Of a stretch of 44,589 nucleotides of DNA, positions 1 through 12,800 are shown in pieces. Under the pieces are notes generated by a model that was not told where the DNA came from, did no database searches, and was given only the letters and a program-made list of their open reading frames with translations. The translations under genes were made by a program, and so were the position numbers. Position 1 is the first letter of the stretch, and every line of letters begins with the position of its first letter. Source of the DNA: Intoshia linei (taxonomy: Eukaryota > Animalia > Orthonectida); the NCBI GenBank assembly GCA_001642005.1, contig LWCA01000171.1:1-44589 (forward strand), in the 5' to 3' direction.

Positions 1-148
1 ATGGTCTACCATCACTAGAATATATCGGTTCAATCTTGTGGTTTCAGGTAACGGAACTAACACATCCACTTGCCAAAAGTCATTAAAATTAAGAGTTTGT
101 ACATAATTTAATTTATTCCACTTATTATGATTCCTATGTTTATTTGAA

Positions 149-1590
149 CTACTTTAAACTTTTCCTAATCGCTAATAATTCTTTCTTAATCGTAGAATAA
201 TTGCGTTCTGTTGTAGTCAATTGTTTACTAAAATATTCGATTACATGACTATTCTGAAATAGTACAGCACCTATTGCTACGTTAGAAGCGTCACATTCCA
301 GAGTATAATCTATCCCGGGTTTGGGTAAACAAAATATAAGAGCCTTAGTTAGGGAATTTTTTAATTGATTAAGTTCTATTGTGTATATCTGTCCATACAT
401 ATTTTACACCCTTTTTGAGTAATCTCGTCATTGGCCCAGCAATATCTCCATAGTTATATATGAAACGTCGATAAAAATTACACATTCCTAGAAACCTTCT
501 TAGTTGTTTAATGGTGGTTGGAACATTAATATTAAGAAAGAGGCTATTTTAGAGTCATCTATAGAAATACCTTTTCTGTTAACGATATGACCTAATATTT
601 TAATTTCTGATTTTCCAATTACACATTTCTTAGGTTTTACTGTAAAACCAGATTTTCTGAGAGCTTCAAAAACCTTAATAAGATCATCTTTGTGTTCACA
701 CTCATTTTCAGAAGCAACTATAATATTGTCTAAATAAATAATGACATTTGGTATGTGTTTAAAAATATTATCCATTATTCTTTGGCATGTAGATGAAGCA
801 TTCGATAAACCTTTAGGCATTACTCTAAATTGATAGAGTTTATCTCCGAATGAAGTTGAAAATGCTGTTTTCCATCTATCGGATATAGCTAAAGGAATCT
901 GCCAGTACCCATTCGTTAAATCAAGGGTTGAAAAAATTTTACGGTTTGCCATAAAATTAAGTGTATATTGTAAGTTTGGAGCAGGATATGTATCAGGAAC
1001 AGTCATAGAGTCTAACTGGCGAAAATCAATCACCATACGATCAGTACCATCTTTTTTTTTTACAAAAAATAATTCGACGTTATTGAACTAGAACATGGTT
1101 CGATAATTTTAGTATCTAATAATTTTTGTATATATTTTTCATGTTTCTCACGTAAATTGATTCCAACTGGAAAGGCTCGTATTTTTTTAAAAATAGATTT
1201 CTCAATAAGATGAATTTTATGTTCTCCAGTATTGGTTAGACCCATACGATCAGATATAACATCGGAAAAATTTGTGACAATGGAATCATAAGTACATTTA
1301 TTTATTGCTCGTACGTAATTAATTTCATTATTGATTGATATCAATTTCAAATGTATACATTCGTCGATTCCTAAAATATTTTGTGTATTAGTAATGAAAA
1401 ATTTTATAAATGTCCGTTTATCAATTTTAATTTGATATAACCATATACGTTTAGTTTCCTTTTTTCTACCGAAAATAAATTACTAGGACATTTATAAATC
1501 TGGACATTTTTTATTTAAACAGTTAACTTGTGAACCTGTATCTAACATAAATGAAAATATTACTGTTCCATCATTATTATTAAAGGCTAA
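149..1590 (-). pseudogene. Retrotransposon pol (protease, reverse transcriptase, RNase H), disrupted
   Basis: ORF fragments 1060..1350, 500..1036 and 149..400 separated by frameshifts/stops; the catalytic YxDD reads YLDN. Confidence 0.88.
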
Positions 1591-1593
1591 TTT

Positions 1594-2245
1594 TTAATTA
1601 ATTTCATTCTCTGTATGAATTGCATTAACAGATTTTTTTTGAAAATTTGCCTGTTCGCAATTTTTTGATATGTGTCCTGTTTTATGACATTTAAAACAAG
1701 TCATTTTTGATTCGCCTTTAAATTCAATTCTATCGAAAATTGAATCGTATTTTTGACAGATGGAGATACAGTCAGATAATTTTAATGAATCTCGTATTAA
1801 CAGTTTCGTTGTAATTGTATTGTTTTCGATTCCACATAGTAACTGATCTCTAATTCGTTCATTTTTATCGACAAATCGACAATTGCGAGAATTTTTATAT
1901 AAACGACTGGTGAATGATTCTGTACTCTCGTGTTGTGGTCTACTGATCTTATTAAATTTTAATCTTTCCATACTGACGTTTATAATCTTCCATTTTAGAA
2001 TATCGTCTTTATATAAATTATAAGATGGTTTTAAATTACTTTCGTCAAGGTGTTTTCGAGCTTCTGAACCAATGAAAATTTTCAATAATGTCAATTTGCG
2101 ACTATTTTTAGATTCCTTTTCAACGGCTTCATCCAGTTGCATCATTAATTTAAATTCCTCAATCCATTCACTTGCTTCAGTTCTCAATACTCCATTTTCG
2201 TCGATCGTCGATCAATGGTTTCGGTTTTGGCAAAAGATTATTCAT
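1594..2245 (-). pseudogene. Retrotransposon gag, frameshifted near the N-terminus
   Basis: ATG at 2245; removing one copy of a 7-bp tandem duplication (GATCGAC GATCGAC on -) gives MNNLLPKPKPLIDENGVLRTEASEW..., in frame with ORF 1594..2187; C-terminal CCHC zinc knuckle. Confidence 0.85.
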
Positions 2246-2267
2246 TGTTCAGTAAGGTGAATTGTCT

Positions 2268-2473
2268 TGTAATGTTTTAGATAATAAATATTACGCAATA
2301 TAAGTTCTATATTTAAAATAAGACAATTTAGTTTTGTAGAAATATATTATCAATCAATAACTAGTTCATCGAGGTGAACTTTACATTTATTATAATTACT
2401 GGATTGAATATTACAAACCCATTCATTATTTTATTAATTAATTAATTGTAGTTATTTGTTTATTTAGACTACA
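2268..2473 (-). repeat. Putative 5' LTR (~206 bp)
   Basis: On - starts TGTAGT (2473) and ends ATTACA (2268), i.e. TGTA...TACA termini, 22 nt upstream of the gag ATG. The partner LTR is not in the window. Confidence 0.55.
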
Positions 2474-2932
2474 GACCCAAGTCAAAACTGAAATACATAA
2501 AAATATGTAGAATATTTTTTAAAATGGTTTATAGGTAAAAAATTAATGTTAATTTAAGATTCTTAATATTTCATATATATGGTGTTCACACCAGAGATTT
2601 TTTTTTATCCAATTCAATTATAAATTCTAAATCATTTTTTAATCTTTCATTTTACTCTAATTAATTAGTTTAAATAGCAACGTGAATAATAATTGATAAT
2701 TGCAAATTGCCTGTAACATATATCTAATTATAATTATAAATATAAATTTAACATAAATATAAACACTATAGAAATTAAAATATAAAAAAGTAAATAAACT
2801 AAAACTGATGTGTTCAAATATATTATTTCGTGAAAAATGACCATAAAACTAAATTTATCATGATGTGTAATTATGGAATAATTGTATTTTAAAAATGTAC
2901 TTTGTTAATTATTGTAATCCTGTGAAAATTTA

Positions 2933-5900
2933 ATGTTTGGACCTTCAAATTATTTTAAAAACATTCCGTGCCCATATTTTACCAAATTTGTGTGCACAAG
3001 AAAATTTTGCCATTTTAAACATGAACCGTGTGGTATACAATGACGTTGACTATTATAAAATACATTTTAGAGTACAGAGAACTTGAACTATTGAACAAAA
3101 ATAACGATACTGAACAAATTCAAGAAATATTATACATTCCAACTCCAATTAAAATATTAAAATGTGATTCAAAAGATGACAAAATAAAAATTAATAAGAC
3201 TGTAACGAAGGAATCTACAAAAAAAGAATTGGATTGTGTTATCGTTTCACAGAATAAATTACGGGGAAAAAGAAAAAGTGCCAAGAACCAAAAAAATCAA
3301 TGTAATTTACTTGGAGAAACGAATAATATTTTAAAAGCTAAACATTCAAAAATTCAATCCGTAGGCGAAAAAAGGAATATTTCTTCGAATAGTAAATATT
3401 GTTGGATTTATTTTATTTTTATTGTATTGTAGTTAAAAACAAAATTGAGAATATTACATGTAATGGAGACGACACATTTGTTGATAAAATTACAAGTCTT
3501 AAAAGAAAAGGTAAAAATTTTGCACATCCCTAATAGTTTTTCTTATATATATTGATTTTATTTAGCTAAATTAAAAATCAAAGCTGTTCCAGTAAAATTA
3601 ATTAATATTTTTACACTTGATAATAAAGAGTCTAATGAATCGTTGCAAAATAAAAATAGATTGGACCAGTGTAAATCCCAAAACCAAATTACATGTCCAG
3701 GTGATTCGATTCCTGCAGTAAAAACTAATATACCAAATAAATCAAAAAAACATGATTCTATCCAAATGAAATATGAATATAAATATGATTCCGCTGAAAG
3801 CGATGTGAAAATTGTTGATATCGTTAAAAAGAAAGGTAAAAAATTAACCAAAATTATCGAAGTTGATAAAATTCCTTCAACAAAATCTATAGTAGCTAAA
3901 GCGGTTAAAAACGATAAAACTTGGATAAATGTAATACAATCAAAAAAATTGGGAGAACTTACACTTCACGAACAATTACTTAGACGAAATGTAGACATTG
4001 AATCTGAATCAGTTCTACCCGATTTTTCTAAACAAAATGAAGAAATTTTACTATTATCGATCAAGCCCGAGATTAACAATTCTAATCAAAATTTTCCACT
4101 TTCGATTCGCCATAGATCTTTAATTCGTATAAAGGACGAACTTTTAAAACATAATGGATTAAAAAAAACAAAAATAGCAAAATTTGCCGTTAATTTTGAA
4201 AAAGCTGTGGCGTTATTGGGGAAAAGCAAAATTTCCTATATTAACAATTTGGTTAAAGTGTTAACTAGAATACGGAAAATGAAGAAATTTTCTCAACTTG
4301 ATAATTTAATTGAGGATATTTGTACGTGTCACAATGCAGACCCCAAAAAAACAGATGATTATGATGAAGATAAAATTTATAATATATTGAATAAAAGATA
4401 TGTGCATAATCGAAATACCTTGAAATCTAATGGATATCCCCTGTATAGCGAAAAGGATGATTCTAAAGTGGTCATTGATATATCTGCAGTTGATCAAACT
4501 AAAGTGAATGTATTTAGTATAATTTTATTTGACGTATTTTTTTGATTATTTAGAAATCAATAAAACTGCAGAGTGCTTAAGGTGTCATCAAAGTTTCAGA
4601 GCCTATTCAAAATCTGATGTAATTATAATTAAAAAAAACAGTGAACGTGTTTGTTTATTTCATCCTGGTAAATTCATCAAATTCCGTAATTTTTTTAAAT
4701 TATAATTTATAAACAATTTATTGTAATATTCAATCTTTTACACAAGTTTTTATTAGGCAATAGCGGTTACAATTGCTGCGGTGGGAGTAATACTTGTAGT
4801 AATTCAAAGGTTACTTTATGGGATTATAAATTTATAATCATTTTAGTTCCATATACAAAATATTAACAAATTTTCATCATTAGACAACTATGTCTGTACA
4901 AAAACTAATATTAAAAAAGAAAACACCTTAAAAATAGCTTCAATGGATTGTGAAATGGTTTTATTTTGTTTGTTTATTTTCTAATTGTTTTTTTAATTTT
5001 TTTAGCTTTATACCATAAATGGTTTCGAATTAGCCAGGCTTACTGTTGTGGGTTTTAATGGAAAAGTAGAATTAGATACATATGTTTTACCCACCTCATA
5101 TATTATTGAATATAACACTAGGTAATTGTAATTTTTACATGTTTTTATTTCAATAATATAATTATTTAGATATAGCGGAATAACAAAGGAAATTTTATTA
5201 AAATGCAATACTACATTTGAACAGGCTAGAAATCGCTTGTTGTCTATTATTGACCAAGATACTATATTAATTGGACACAGTCTCGAATCCGATTTTATTA
5301 GTTTAAAAGTTTTAAATTTTTTTATATTAAAGTGTATTCACTTTTTAAATGGAATTGCTGCATTGCACTTTAGTTTACTTTTATATAGTTTAGAACAGAG
5401 GTGGGGAAGCATTTACTATTTGAAGGCCGCACTAATGTCCCAAAAAATTAATAAAGGCGCACCTTTCTAAATAAAATTTAATCAAATACAGCAGTGCTTC
5501 TCATTTTATTATTCAATTTATTAGGGGTGAATACGAAAATTTTAGATGATTGGGGTGAATGAATTTCTAGCATATTTTATTCAATTTAGTAAAATCTAAA
5601 AGTAAAACCAAAATTTTACCAACCCTTAAGGGAAAAATCCCATTTTATCAAACTTAGATAAAAATATCTATATCTGATGCTAATAGAAAAACCAAAATTT
5701 TACCAACCCTTAAGGAAAAAAACCGCTTTTACCAATATTTTTCTGAAATTACCATTTTACCAAAAATTAATATTCTAAAAATAATATTATAAATTATAAT
5801 TGATAATAAATAAAATAATTTTAAATGAAAAATTGTTGAGAAGGTCGCACTTTCCCCACTTCTGGTTTAGAATCTAAACTTTACATGATGGTAGTTTTAG

Positions 5901-7575
5901 TTTGGCCGAGGGATTCTCCACCTTTTTTGAACAAAAATTTATGAAAAATGTATATCAGTGATTCCAGATTGGGGATCCAAAACTATATGTGTGTCCGTGA
6001 GATTCAAATAAAATATGAAAAAATTTTTATCAACTTTTATTTATTTTTATAGAGAATTTTTAATATTTATTACAGAAGTGCCAGATGTTTTGAATTTATG
6101 CCAAAGTCTATACCAGTCATTCTCAACCCTTTTTCGCTGTGGAACTGTAAGATGATATTACAAAAAACCTGTGGACCCCCAAAAAAATTAATAATAATGA
6201 CAATTTTTAATGAATCATTTTATTCATACATTTGGGTGAAACGAATGATGGTCAAAAGTCATGGAGTACTCTATTTTTGCGAGATGATAAACTTGATGAA
6301 CTATTAATATTAACCTTTAATCCGTCAATGTTCCCAAAATGGAACATGTTTTTCAGGTATTGTTTACAGTACATTATTAATTTTTTACTATATATTTTAT
6401 CAAATCAATAAAGTCTATATTATCTGTCTTCTCTGGGAAAAATTAATATATATCCCTTGGTTGATGTTTCATAGAATCATGAATATTGACTGATTTTTTG
6501 TCCCATTTTCAGTTTGAAATTTAAAGGTTTTTTTATGACTAGAAACTTAGCTCGGTCATAAATTTGAATAAAATAATCAAATAAAACCGCTGCTCCTAAA
6601 ATAGAACAATGGAGGTTTCCCAATAAGTTTTTACAGTGTAAAAAATAAATTTACACTTGTAAGTAATTTAATTTAATACCAAAGAATTTACTTTTACATG
6701 ATTTTCACGTTTTATATTAGTATTTCTGAGCCTTTATGTTACTGAAAATGTCTATAATATGTAATAGATGTATATAATTTTCATGGACCTCCAAAAAAGT
6801 GCTGTGGACCCTGTTGAGAATGGCTGGTCTATACGACCGCTACATTGTTATTTCAAAAAGCCCACTTTTATTATTATTTTTATTTGGCTTTGCAGAAATA
6901 ACTACGCATCGAGCTTTTTTTAAAAAAAAATATATTTTAATTCATTTAGCTGATACACGAACGAGTGATTGATACTAGTATTATTTTCCCTAGATATGGG
7001 ACTCATTATAAAAGTGCTCTACGATTTTTAGCAAGCCAGCACTTGCATAAAATTATACAAGATGGAGGTATTTAATATTAATAGTTTAGCGTTATTCAGT
7101 GATTCTGAACGTTTTTCATTTTGATCATGGCTCATGACTAAACCAGCCATTCGCAACTTGATCCAGCGATAAATTTTTGGTATTCAACACAGCTTTCAGT
7201 AAAATGTTACAAATTTTTTTAAAATAAAATGTATGAAAGAAAAATTTACTTACAGTAACGTAATGTTAATTAATTTTTAGTAATTACTATATCCCTGTTT
7301 TTTAAAGTGGGAATTAGCTAAGCATATTATAATGGTACCAAAGCTTTTTATATCTATTTACAAGGGATTAGTAAAGTTTTCAGCCAAGATTTAGATATTT
7401 TACAGAAAAATTCCCCTTTCTTTTGACATTTCTTATACGTTTTTTGAGGGATAGTTTATACAAAATTACATTTTAAATAGATTCCGGCCACTCATCGATT
7501 GAAGATTCTATATGTTGCATAGATTTGATAAAATATAAATTATCCAAAGATTCCTATTCCAAAAAAAACATTTAA
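2933..7575 (+). CDS. REXO1: RNA exonuclease 1 homolog (REXO1/Rex1, DEDDh family), multi-exon
   Basis: N-terminal MFGPSNYFKNIPCPYFTKFVCTRKFCHFKH resembles the REXO1 Cys/His N-terminus; spliced exonuclease motifs ASMDCEM (~4937-4957), ELARLTVV, YSGIT, LIGHSLESDF (~5270), LIHERVIDTS (~6950), GHSSIEDS (~7490); stop TAA 7573-7575. Confidence 0.9.
5396..5864. mobile_element. Non-autonomous hAT (Buster-type) MITE in a REXO1 intron
   Basis: TIRs CAGAGGTGGGGAA / TTCCCCACTTCTG; perfect 8-bp TSD GTTTAGAA (5388-5395 and 5865-5872) with central TA. Confidence 0.88.
6114..6826. mobile_element. Non-autonomous hAT MITE in a REXO1 intron
   Basis: TIRs CAGTCATTCTCAAC / GTTGAGAATGGCTG; perfect 8-bp TSD GTCTATAC (6106-6113 and 6827-6834). 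Confidence 0.9.
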
Positions 7576-7899
7576 TATGTAAAATTTTTGTAAATTTTGT
7601 ACCAATAAAAATTAAATGTTTTCTACTAATAATTATGATAAATTATAATTATCAATCTTATTTATTGTGTATAACGATCCCCAACTTTTTGAATAGCATG
7701 TATAATGTACATTATTTACCAAAATGTTTAAAAATTTACATTCTTGCGGCACCAACTTTTTTATGATCACAACTCATAACATTTTGATACTGTAGTTAAC
7801 GTGACTATAAAAATATGATGGTTTTGAACCTAGGCATCATATTTTGTGAATGAAATTTGTGATAAAACATTAATCGAAAACCTGTATTAGAAATTGGGT

Positions 7900-8015
7900 T
7901 TTTAATTAAACGGATTTGATAAATTTGATAGTGAATTTATTTTTTTGGTAGAATAAAAATGTGCCGACGGCAGAGCTAGGTGCTGTTTATACGTAATACA
8001 TAACAGTCAACTTAG
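7900..8015 (+). repeat. 3'-end fragment of the Helitron-like family
   Basis: GGCAGAGCTAGGTGCTGTTTATACGTAATACATAACAGTCAACTTAG|T matches the termini at 10718 (-) and 37028 (+). Confidence 0.65.
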
Positions 8016-8073
8016 TTAAACATATATTTATTTATATGTTGTATTTGGAGAAGTTTATAATACAGCCACGTTA

Positions 8074-9345
8074 TCAGAAAATAAAAATTGTAGATGAAAC
8101 AATTGTAAAAACAGGTGGATGGGTAGGACATTGATCCATTAATAATAGGATTTTACAATTGTCATCCAATCCCATGGAGGTACAATGATCCCTGGAGTCA
8201 GACACAAAATGATTTAAGAACCAATCTATTATATCTCTATTGACCCAGCTGAATTTTGAGGAAGTATAATACACAGGTATATCATAACCTTTGAAACATA
8301 TAGGGTTTCTACTTTTACCGAGAACCATTAACTTTTGCCTATCAGTGCCGTCCATATTTGATGTGCAACAAATAGTGATTCTGTCTTTACTGCTTTTTTT
8401 TCCATTTTTTTATTTTGTCGCTCATACATGGTGGATAATGTGGTTTTAGACATTTTCCGCCATTCAAGTCCAGTTTCATCCATATTATAGACTTGAGTGT
8501 CGGTTAAATTTTCTTGCAATAAGAGATTTTTTAATTCAATGACAAAACGAGCAGCAGTTTCTACATCGGCACCTCCTGACTCACCACACAATTTATATGA
8601 CTTAATTCCATTTCTATTTTAAAAATTTTTTAACCATCCTCGTGAATATCTACATTCAATATTATCGCTGCTGCAATCTTTGTTCAACATGACATTGACT
8701 GTAACAAGAACAGTTTCATCGGTAATTGAGGTATTGTTATTCCGCATTTCTACAAACCAACTGTATAACCCCTTTTCTATAACCGGAAAATTAGTCTGCC
8801 TCATACTTTTAAATTTCCAATTATCTCTGGAACATTTGCACGTTTATAAAATTCCATTATTGATGACTTATTTCTTTGAATCGTGTAAATAGTACTACGA
8901 CTTAATGCCATTCTTCTTGCTACTTCATTAACAGATTCGCCTTCGATCAATAGTTTCAATATTTCTAATTTTTTATTCAACGTGATATTATGCTTCATTA
9001 TCATTTAATTGTCAATTTTATGAATCATAACGTCATAATCATGATAAACTTTGTTTAGAAAAGTATTGTTTACATTTAAAATTAACTTAAATGAGTAAAC
9101 ATTATCTACTAACGGTACAGATTAGTAAATTATTCACTAATAATGCTTGACTACTATAAAAATCTATTTTTTAAATAAATGCTTTATTTTTTATGATATA
9201 CCTCATCAACGAATCTTTATCAACTTTCTTACTATGATTAAATACTATCATCATTCAATTAATTTAATACATAATAGAATTTTATTATTATCCTCAGTTT
9301 TTGGAGCACTTGTCAAAAAAGGTACCCCAAAACGGGGTTATACTG
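8074..9345 (-). mobile_element. Decayed, 3'-truncated pogo/Tigger (Jerky/TIGD-like) DNA transposon
   Basis: Frameshifted fragments: psq-type HTH (ITLNKKLEILKLL...LSRSTIYTI), CENP-B HTH (IEKGLYSWF...SRGWLKNF), CGESGGAD, VYNMDETGL (D1), LLLMDQCPTHP (D2); one terminus TA|CAGTATAACCCCG at 9345; third Asp and other TIR not found. Confidence 0.88.
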
Positions 9346-9853
9346 TATTTGATTAAGAATTAAATGATTTGAATTCAGAGTTTAATAATAAAATACGCTT
9401 TAAGAGTGATAATAAGTATAAATAAAGTACAATGTGGTGGGTTTATTACACTAATATTGATAACTTTGCTGAATCATCCAGCAAACCGTTGTAGCTTACT
9501 TAAATGACATTAATATGTAAATATTTCATCAAATAAAATGTAGAGTGAAAAATGTACTAAATAGCACTCCTAACATACATATCTAATAAAAATTAGGTGA
9601 AACACATTACATTTTATATTATACGACGTATATTATACATATAACATTGTATGTATATGTAGAAATATATAAATAGCAATACAAATGTACTAAATAAACC
9701 ATAAGTTACTATAGGTTCATTTATATGAAATTGTAAATTTGTTTCATTTTTAAAAAAGTTATAGCATTTTATTGATTTTAGTTTATAAAAAACTTTACAT
9801 TGTAAATTATGCATTTATTTCCGTGTATATAATTTTTAAATAGAATTAAACTA

Positions 9854-12800
9854 ATGATCAAACCAGAAGATAGCGATTCAGAAGTTTGTATATCTATTAT
9901 TTATTTAATGTTACGTATGTAGTTTTATGATGCTTTGGAAGTTATAGAAAGTAGCAATAGGTAGTTATATACAATTAATTTGATAATTTCCACAATAGTG
10001 ATACTCATAAAACCGAATCACAATCCTCCAGTCCACCTTCAACAAAATCAGACAATATAAAATATTCTGAATCCTGTCAACATATCAAATTAGGAAACGA
10101 AAAAGTCAATTATCCTTTAGAAATTAGCCAAGATGATAAAGATTTTCATTTTTCACAACAAGAAGCATATTTAGCCATACATTCTTATTTTAACAATGAA
10201 TATGAAAAATCTTTACAAATTTCAAATAACGGGTATTAATCTTTTATTTAAATTATCTTTGAAATTATATTCTGTTTAAATGTAGTCATTCAATGTATCA
10301 TAGACTAATTAATTCTTATATTCTATATCTTCAAGCCGGATTGACAGTTGAACGCGTAATTTTTGTCATATTTAATTATTAAAAAAAAATAAATAATATA
10401 ATTAATAAATACAATAATAAATAGACTGTCATTGTTGAATCCATTGAAGCTGTAAATAAAGCTTTGGAAATTACAACAAAAATGAGACCAAAAAAAATAT
10501 CAAAAATAATAACTGAACGTAAATAATGATTTATTTATATTAAATTAAAATGCTATTTTCAGAAGAAGCTCATGCTGAATTGTGCTATGCCGAATTGTTA
10601 ATGGAGCAGGCATTTCTAAGCTTCATGGAAGATGAAAATCTTGTAGCTTTTGTTAAAGGTGCTTACAGAATTAAAAAATGCATCGATGCTATAAAGTAAG
10701 TTAATTATACATAACCACTAGGTTGACTGTTATGTACTACGTACAAACAGGACCTAGCTCTGCCAAGGGCACATTTTAATTATACCAAAAAAATAAATTA
10801 ATGTTAAAAATCCTACTATTCACTATTATCAATCCTTTAAAGGAGTGGTTCCCAAACTTGTTTTAGGTAGAACCATCATATCACATTACTTTTTACTTTA
10901 AAGTAAATTATTCTATCTTAATTTTTTTTGTTAACATTTACGTAAAGAATTTTAAAAATAATTGTTATCCCATTTTTTTAATTTATTAGACAAAATTTGT
11001 GTATATTAAAAATAAAGTAAAAACAGTCCAATCCTAAAAATTGTCATAAATACCATATATTCCAAAAAAATAACAATTAACAGGATACAACTGTACCATC
11101 TGTAATTTTTTTAATGTATAGGGCTGTTTTCATTAAAAAAAAGGGTAAGTTGGGGTTTTGGACCTAAAGATATTTTAATAAATTTAAATTTATGATAATG
11201 TTTATGATTTTAAAATCCGTATCAGCGTATATATTTTTTAAATTCTCCAATTTTAATTTAATTTTCAAAAAAAAGACAATTGGGGTTTTTGACCCGTAAG
11301 ATGTGAGTTTCGGAGGTTGAAATTTATTTTATTATCACACCAGAAAAAACTATAATTGAAATGTGGACTTTATAAAATTCTAAAACTAGTAGTTATTGAA
11401 ATAAAGTGGTACACACACAAACAAATATTGCGTAGCATATTATATAAGTAAGGATATAATAATATACTATATATAGTATATGTATCACTGTATCACAGAG
11501 TTAGGAAGTCGAAAATTGTAATAAAATGGATAAATCTTAATAGATATTGAAGAAAAAATTAAAAATAAATTAATTAATATGTTAATTAAATAATAAAATT
11601 AATATTTAAATTATAAATCGTTAAAATGAATTATCCAAGTTTTAAAAAAATCACATTCAGCTGCCGCTGCACTAGTTAGATGTAGAATTAAGATTGGCGA
11701 TTTAGTTACAATTAATTTACAATTAAAATCAACACATACAATTATCAATACTACTGGCGAACTAATGCGCCTCGGTGCACCATTTGGGAAGCACTGCCTT
11801 AGAATTAAAAAAACATTCTATATAAAATTATAAACCTAAGGTTGTCTACTACATCTGCATATTTTTCCATTAAGTAATTAAATAATTAATAATAATATTA
11901 GTCTTGATAAATTTTATATTTTATTTAACCAGGCATTTAATTTATATGGCGCAATTTGACGTGGTAATTTGAATTTAAAGTATAATGCATTCACTTTTAA
12001 TTATAAAGTTTTGTACCGAATTGAATTGACGAAAAATTTTACTAATGAGACGTGTAAGAGTTCTGGAACCCTAAAACTAAACTAAACGGTCAGTGTTCTC
12101 TATTGGTCCTATAATTATAATTATACATTTGATAAATGTTTTTTCCTTTCTCATTTAAAAATTCTAGAAACTGTCTATTAATTTCAGATCGTGTTGAATG
12201 GAGAAGTCAATTATCTAAAGATAATTTCAACAGTGGTTTGTGGTTGGGACATGGTTGTTATTTATTGGTTATACTTTTTTTAAATTATGTAATTTTTTAG
12301 TTAGTGAGTCTACTCCCAAATAAAGTTTTAAGATTATTTAAATTTATTGGAATACGCGGAGACAAGGTAAATTTCTTTTTAACATTAATAAATTAACATT
12401 AACGTAAATTATAATATTATGAATAGTTGGAAGGATTAAATCAAATTATAACTAGTGCTAGAATGATTGACTCGATACGAGGAATTTTTTCTGCATTTAT
12501 ATACATTTTGTACGAAGTTGTATCAAATCACCAATTTGGATATGGATCATGTGATGTAGAAAAATGTAGAGAAATTTTAAAATTGTATGAAGGCAAATGT
12601 AGTCAGGTTTCATATTTTGTATTTCATTCACATCAGTAGTGCATACACTTTTTTGTTGAAACGTAATTTTGATTTTCTGTGGCTTCCATTTTGATAGGTT
12701 AGGTTATGCGTGAAGATACAAATTTTTAAATTTTAAATTTATTTTCTTTCTGCACCGGAAAAAACTGACTTGATATTTTTGTTTTTGAAATTTCTGAGAC

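Larger units (their letters stand above)
1..2473 (-). mobile_element. Decayed Ty3/gypsy LTR retrotransposon (5' LTR-gag-PR-RT-RNase H; integrase and 3' LTR outside the window)
   Basis: On -: gag with CCHC knuckle CFKCHKTGHISKNC, protease motif FMLDTGSQVN (~1520-1555), RT motifs (IDFRQLD, FSTLDLTNGYWQI, KTAF, YQFRVMPKGLSNA, YLDN), RNase H (ECDASNVAIGAVLFQ, ERNYSTIKKELLAI). RT directly after PR gives Ty3/gypsy domain order; several stops and frameshifts. Confidence 0.93.
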
